Assembly: GCA_903850545.1 (NCBI GenBank)
Contig: CAINLW010000037.1
Span: forward strand, 14,813 to 38,812
DNA length: 24,000 bases
Source: an uncultured bacterium
GTDB lineage: Bacteria > Patescibacteriota > Minisyncoccia > Phycocordibacterales > GWA1-40-21
Reading direction: 5' to 3'
Each line of letters opens with the position of its first letter. Position 1 is the first letter of the stretch. The notes beneath the pieces were generated by a model. The model did not search any database. It had not been told where the DNA came from and saw nothing but the letters and a program-made list of their open reading frames with translations. A program made the translations under genes and the position numbers. Shown here in pieces: positions 22,735-24,000 of the stretch.

Positions 22735-23196
22735 TTATGAAGCAGCTGACTCGTTACATTTTAAATTACCACTAGAAAAACCAGTGGTGATATCAGTTAA
22801 ACCAAGAGCACTTGGACCAGCATATCCTGTACTGTCAACACAAAACACGCCTCCAACAGGAAGAGTGATCGCAGCTCCCCATGAAGAAGGGGCAACACCA
22901 GTAGCAGTATCTTGTCCACAAACCAAACCTGTTCCACCATTAGAAGTAGCAGCTGCAGTTAAAGTACTTAAACTACCAACGGTTGTACCAGCTGCAGTAC
23001 AAAGATTTGCTAAATATTTACCATCAGAGGTTACGCCAAGTTCTGCTTGTGCTCTTAAAGAAGACATGCTTGCTTGGACAGATGCTGCTCTTCCTTTACT
23101 TCTAGCTGTATTCAATGAAGCCAAAACAACTGATGATAGGATACCAATGATGGCTATAACTACCAAAAGTTCAATTAATGTAAAACCTTTTTTCAT
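22735..23196 (-). CDS. Type IV major pilin paralog 3
   Basis: [20 protein letters not shown] and C-terminal FCVDSTG. Its Ala/Gly/Ser/Thr-rich body makes it noticeably G+C-richer than paralogs 1 and 2. Confidence 0.85.
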   Translation of the reverse strand: MKKGFTLIELLVVIAIIGILSSVVLASLNTARSKGRAASVQASMSSLRAQAELGVTSDGKYLANLCTAAGTTVGSLSTLTAAATSNGGTGLVCGQDTATGVAPSSWGAAITLPVGGVFCVDSTGYAGPSALGLTDITTGFSSGNLKCNESAAS

Positions 23197-23571
23197 AATT
23201 TTTAATTTTTATCGATAAGATATTAAAATCTTAATAAACGTTAATAAATTGCTTTGGATCTTGTTTAAAATCTAACCGTAATATTATAAACTTCAATAAT
23301 TACTTATCTGCTCAAACATCTAAATTTTGGCTGCAAATAATTCACTCCTCCTCAACATATCTCGATATGCTTCGTCAGACTTCATTATTTTCGCTCAAAA
23401 TTTAGGTGTTTGTGCTAGATATTAGATTTCTCACAAGCTCCTAATATTTTTTTTGGCCATCGTTTACTTGCTCAAGGTAAAGTACTCCCAAATATAAATA
23501 CTTTTAAGCTTATGGGACTATTATACAACTTTTTAGATAAAAATGGTAAATAGAGGGGGTGTGGATAACTT

Positions 23572-23613
23572 CTTTAAACTGGCGTGGCGGTAATCCGCCA
23601 CGCCAGTTTAAAG
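23572..23613. repeat. Perfect 19-bp-stem palindrome
   Basis: ctttaaactggcgtggcgg-taat-ccgccacgccagtttaaag lies just downstream of the GIY-YIG ORF. There is no U tract on either strand. Confidence 0.7.
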
Positions 23614-23620
23614 AACCCCG

Positions 23621-23905
23621 TCAAATTGGCTTTTCATTTGACTGGGGTGTATCCATTAAATAAGCTTTAAGTCTATTTTTTATAAACAACTTTCCATAAT
23701 ATCTTTTTAAATACATCTCTCTGTGTCGTGCATCATTATTATTTTTACACGCCTCATAATAAACAAGCTCTAACGGTCGCCTGTCCTTTGTTGATTCTAC
23801 CTCCCCCTTCTTATGTTCCTCAAATCTTAACTTTAAATCTTTTGTACATCCAGTGTAAAATTCGCCATCTTTTTTTGATTTTAAAATGTAGGTGTAATAG
23901 AACAT
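23621..23905 (-). CDS. GIY-YIG (URI-domain) nuclease family protein, stand-alone 94 aa
   Basis: FYYTYILKSKKDGEFYTGCTKDLKLRFEEHKKG carries the GIY...YIG-type motifs (YTYIL / FYTGCT), followed by R...E...N. Confidence 0.8.
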   Translation of the reverse strand: MFYYTYILKSKKDGEFYTGCTKDLKLRFEEHKKGEVESTKDRRPLELVYYEACKNNNDARHREMYLKRYYGKLFIKNRLKAYLMDTPQSNEKPI

Positions 23906-23930
23906 GATTGATTTTTAATAATTGACTAAT

Positions 23931-23965
23931 ACACCCCGTCAAATATAGAGCCAATTTGACGGGGT
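23931..23965. repeat. 13-bp-stem hairpin sharing its arm sequence with the 3' end of the GIY-YIG ORF
   Basis: caccccgtcaaat-atagagcca-atttgacggggtg is followed by attttttcc. gccaatttgacgggg (23950-23964) is the exact reverse complement of ccccgtcaaattggc (23616-23630). Confidence 0.65.
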
Positions 23966-24000
23966 GATTTTTTCCTGAAAGGAAAAAATCACATTCCTCC

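Noticed and set aside
23360-23395. Hammerhead-like CTGACGA box on the minus strand upstream of pilin paralog 3
   Set aside because: CTGACGA is followed by a possible stem II (CATAT-cgag-ATATG) but then by TTGAGGAGG instead of GAAA. No matching stem I, stem III or NUH site exists.
23305-23421. Imperfect 24-nt inverted repeat (tatctgctcaaacatctaaatttt / aaaatttaggtgtttgtgctagata) enclosing a GAGGAGGAG tract in the long pilin 5' region
   Set aside because: There are several mismatches, only one copy, and no ORF with sensible spacing after the SD-like tract. It could be a regulatory hairpin, but the evidence is too thin.

Overview
This is an AT-rich, gene-dense bacterial window transcribed almost entirely from the minus strand. 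By inference its gene content resembles a small-genome Patescibacteria/CPR-like organism. From left to right it holds: a membrane protein, two GT2 glycosyltransferases and a P-type ATPase (0.1-4.6 kb); a tRNA cluster (4.7-6.2 kb); a membrane protein, gatA and gatC (6.3-8.7 kb); a TrmB-like regulator, a possible Nudix-like protein and a 664-aa HEAT/kinase-like protein (11.5-14.9 kb); ligA; a type IV pilus block (17.1-23.2 kb) with four minor pilin-like genes, prepilin peptidase and three tandem major-pilin paralogs; and a GIY-YIG nuclease ORF. The tRNA cluster contains a tRNA-Asp(GUC) interrupted by a 222-nt ORF-less group I intron, a free-standing LAGLIDADG endonuclease gene whose stop codon lies inside that tRNA, and two CAU-anticodon tRNAs. 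The main discovery candidate is a visibly G+C-richer island of about 2.6 kb (about 8.8-11.45 kb) between gatC and the regulator. It is a minus-strand operon punctuated by four complete type III hammerhead ribozyme motifs. Each ribozyme is preceded by a covarying hairpin and followed by a conserved leader module of about 70 nt ending in a strong Shine-Dalgarno sequence. The cassettes carry two paralogous micro-ORFs (18 and 20 aa), a hairpin-rich non-coding segment of about 300 nt, a SixA-like histidine phosphatase and two unknown proteins. I could not run any search or folding program. All calls rest on reading the sequence and the supplied ORF track.
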